From Ramazzottius varieornatus (Eukaryota > Animalia > Tardigrada): a DNA stretch of 64,000 nucleotides. The position numbers and the translations under genes are program-made. Location: contig BDGG01000003.1 in the NCBI GenBank assembly GCA_001949185.1, forward strand, positions 1,338,725 through 1,402,724. The letters run 5' to 3'. The notes beneath the pieces were generated by a model, which searched no databases, was not told the DNA's origin, and saw only the letters and a list, made by a program, of their open reading frames with translations. Numbering within the stretch: the stretch's first letter is position 1; the number at the start of each line of letters is the position of its first letter. Positions 61,314 to 64,000 of this stretch are shown piece after piece.

Positions 61314-64000
61314 ATGACGGCCAATGTTCTGAAATCTCTCCCCTTCTACACCGCGTGGCAGTTAGCGCAGTCCGGGGAAGCAATTGAGATGGATACCAGT
61401 GCTAGAAAGACCAGTGGTAAGCGTCGTTTGATTGCCTGGTGCTGAAGCATCCGTTCCACTTCCGGTGAATCATTCTGTTCCTTTGTCCCTCTGCTCTTCC
61501 AGATACAATGCTGTCCGATCATTTCAAGACTCTGACGACCAATCCCAACGTGATGACAGTTAGCTTGCTCCTTTCGACGCTCGTGGAAGAGCTGTGCGCC
61601 TTCTACGAGCACGATCCACACCGCAAGGAAATACTATTCACAGGTAAGCCGAAGTTTTCGTTGCGTACGTTAATACTGCCTTGTGTCAATATACACAAAC
61701 CCAAGGGGGAAATTTACGAACGGTATGGTTCGTGCGCCAGTTGAGCAGGTTGACCATCAACGATCTTGTTATCGGTAGAATATCCCTCTGCGTATTGATG
61801 TTTACTGATAGGTGATTGATAACCATGAGTCATGAGAAAATGTTTTCGTTGTAGTGGTTTGCGATCAGCTGGTGGAAATGTCGGTAAGAGCATTGCCAAG
61901 AAAGTACGCACGAGATTGATATCGTTTTTCCTCCCGGCGTGCAATAACCCAGAAAGAAACGCTAATGTGAAATCGATGACTTTTGAACGTCTTTTCTCCT
62001 TCATTTGCCGTCGTTCAAGGGCAAATAGCACTCTTTGGTGAGACAGCTAACATCACACACGTGCGAAACGGAGCTGGTGTTAACGCGAAGAATCTAATCG
62101 ATTATCTGCTTGTACAGCTGCTTTCGCCGCTGGCGTACCTGGACGAGTTGGCAGCCATCCGCGCGCGTTATCGAGAGACCTTCATGCAAATCCTCAAACT
62201 GGGACAGGTCGTTGCAAGTGAACAGGTATCCAGCCAAATCGTCAAAAGTACCGTAGGCTTGAACAGAGAACAATTCAGAGTTACCTGTAGGCTACAAAGC
62301 TGAAGAACTTGGGTATTCCGCTGACCAAGGGTGCAGGCAATGCCTTTGCATTACGAAATGCGACGTCCGCCCTGACGAAGAACAGCAATATACAGACGCA
62401 AGAACACTTCGTCCTGATGCCGTCGAGATATCAGGAAGAGTTCGAAGAAGTTTGTTTGATTGGGCATGGAGGCTTCGGAAAAGTTTACCAGGTAACACAA
62501 CGCTCTGAGGAGGCAAAACGGGTTCCTTGTGTTATAAAACCTTGTGTGCTTTCCAGGCCCGAAATCGAGTAGACGGGCAAGAGTACGCTGTGAAGAAAGT
62601 CCGCCTGCCCAAGAAAAGTTCTCGAGAGAACATCCTAAAGATATTCCGCGAAGTCAAGGTTCTCGCAGGTCTGCACCACAAACATGTCGTGGGATATAAT
62701 GCCGCGTGGCTTGAGCTGGAAAATGAGAACGGTAGGATCTTGTCCCTAGCAAATCATGGCTGTATTTCCGTTGAGACGTAGGCAAATGATTTAAACCAGA
62801 TCGCTGTCCCGAGTGGCGCGCAGTATCAGCCGATAACAATGGAAATGTGCGCCACTTGAGACAACGGTCTGGCTTAGTTCTTCCGCTCACGTGTCATTCT
62901 TGTTTAGGATCGAAGAATTCGCTGACACATTCGCCTTCAGTGGCCCAGCATCGCGGCGTTGACAGCGAGGTTTCTGCGGTGCATGCACCCTTTGACTGTT
63001 CGGGCTCTTCGCAGTTACAGACATCTCACAGTAAACACAAACACAAGCCCACTTCACCCACACCACCCAAAGAAAAGGAAATGGAAAAGAACGCAATACA
63101 GGTGATCACACCTGCCGTTGAGGAAATTATCTCAGATCACGAGCTCTCAATAACACAAGACAGCGATGACAGTGTTGTCTTCCTTCGGGCAGACTCTGAG
63201 CAAGACTTTGCATCTCAGATGAATACACTTCCTGAACCTCAAAAACTTCCCTCACCGCGGAAACCTCGTACGATAAGCCATACACAAGCCGACTCTTTTG
63301 AAAGAGCTGTGAAGAGACGGATCAAATCTGCCAGAGTTTCGCATGAAAGTAACCTGAACAGTCAGTTCCCGACGTCGCTGAAGATCCAAACAGCGGCAAT
63401 ATCACAGACACCCGTAGTCTTATTCATCCAGATGGAACTATGTGGAAAGACGTTGAGAGACTGGATCAGCGAACGGAATGCGGAGCTGTGCGACGATAGT
63501 GGGAACCTGCAGGACCCGGCTGCGACGGTGGACCTGGTTGAAGTGAACAGGATACTCAAGCAAGCGCTGAAGGGAATTGACTACATACACTCAAAAGGAC
63601 TTATTCACCGAGACTTGAAGGTAAGCCCACTTCATTAAGAGTGAATACTTGGAAGCTGTTGACTGAAGCCGCAACACTTTTTGTATGTATCCTCACCTTG
63701 GCTCTTTCAGCCGCGCAACATCTTCTTCCACTTGCAAGACAACCGTATCATGATCGGGGATTTTGGACTAGCGAGAAAAGACCTTCTTACCTCAGGCGAA
63801 GGTAAGTTCTTCTAGCCCTAAAATAGAACATTGATTTGTTCAGTGTATAGTATCTTGGTGTCTTGCGTGTAGTACCGTATCGCATGGCGTTTAAAGATGA
63901 ACTGTCGAGTCTTCATCAAACTTTTCTCTTTGCGGGTTAGATTTCAACCGATCACCAGAACCGTCGCCGGTAAGACGACTGAGCATTGGCGTTGGAACTG
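61314..64000 (+). CDS. EIF2AK1: eIF2-alpha kinase 1 (heme-regulated inhibitor-like), 3'-truncated by the window
   Basis: N-terminal LLLSTLVEELCAFYEHDP...LLSPLAYLDELAAIRARY (HRI-type); SRYQEEFEEV..IGHGGFGKVY; RNRVDGQEYAVKK; VVGYNAAWLE; long kinase insert; LFIQMELC; IHRDLKPRNIF; IGDFGLA. The start may be 61314 or 61389. Confidence 0.92.
62811..62857. repeat. GTGGCGCAC palindrome family core (47 bp), EIF2AK1 intron
   Basis: CCAGATCGCTGTCCC-GAGTGGCGCGC...GTGCGCCACTT-GAGACAACGGTCTGG. Confidence 0.88.

Noticed and set aside
5916-62857. The GTGGCGCAC repeats as a CRISPR-like array or integron attC-like cassette sites
   Set aside because: The copies are dispersed in eukaryotic introns, not arrayed. 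The spacers share a common consensus rather than being unique, and no cas or integrase gene is present.
1-64000. tRNA, rRNA or snRNA genes
   Set aside because: None recognised by eye. A tRNAscan-SE/Infernal run would be needed to exclude them.

Overview
This is compact, intron-rich eukaryotic (invertebrate animal) genomic DNA of roughly mid-40s % GC, with three 50-N scaffold gaps. Short introns and dense gene packing are compatible with a tardigrade-like compact genome, but that is inference only. Two gene-dense arms flank a ~23-kb block (about 20.3-43.5 kb) of nested DNA transposons. The left arm holds a PLEKHG4/puratrophin-like RhoGEF (+), GPAT3/4 (-) and ELP1 (-). The middle block holds a truncated two-exon Hikeshi copy, an interrupted secreted-protein ORF, a Tc4/Tc5-type pogo-like element, a PIF/Harbinger relic, a long-TIR DD85E (Sailor-like) element, a Tc1 relic and many hAT/mariner MITEs. 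The right arm holds TRAPPC2L (-), CTU2 (+), calbindin/Cbp53E-like (-), TM9SF4 (+), a small 4-exon chromo-like orphan gene (-) and EIF2AK1/HRI (+, runs off the window). Three observations stand out. (1) The last calbindin intron looks created by a hAT-type MITE whose target-site duplication supplies the splice acceptor (introner-like intron gain). (2) A family of ~85-bp palindromes with a 46-51-bp core (mostly 47 bp; AAGTGGCGCAC-N25-GTGCGCCACTT) occurs about 15 times, almost only inside introns. (3) A mariner MITE sits inside a splice donor and regenerates it. All coordinates were read by eye, and family assignments come from recognised motifs, not database searches.
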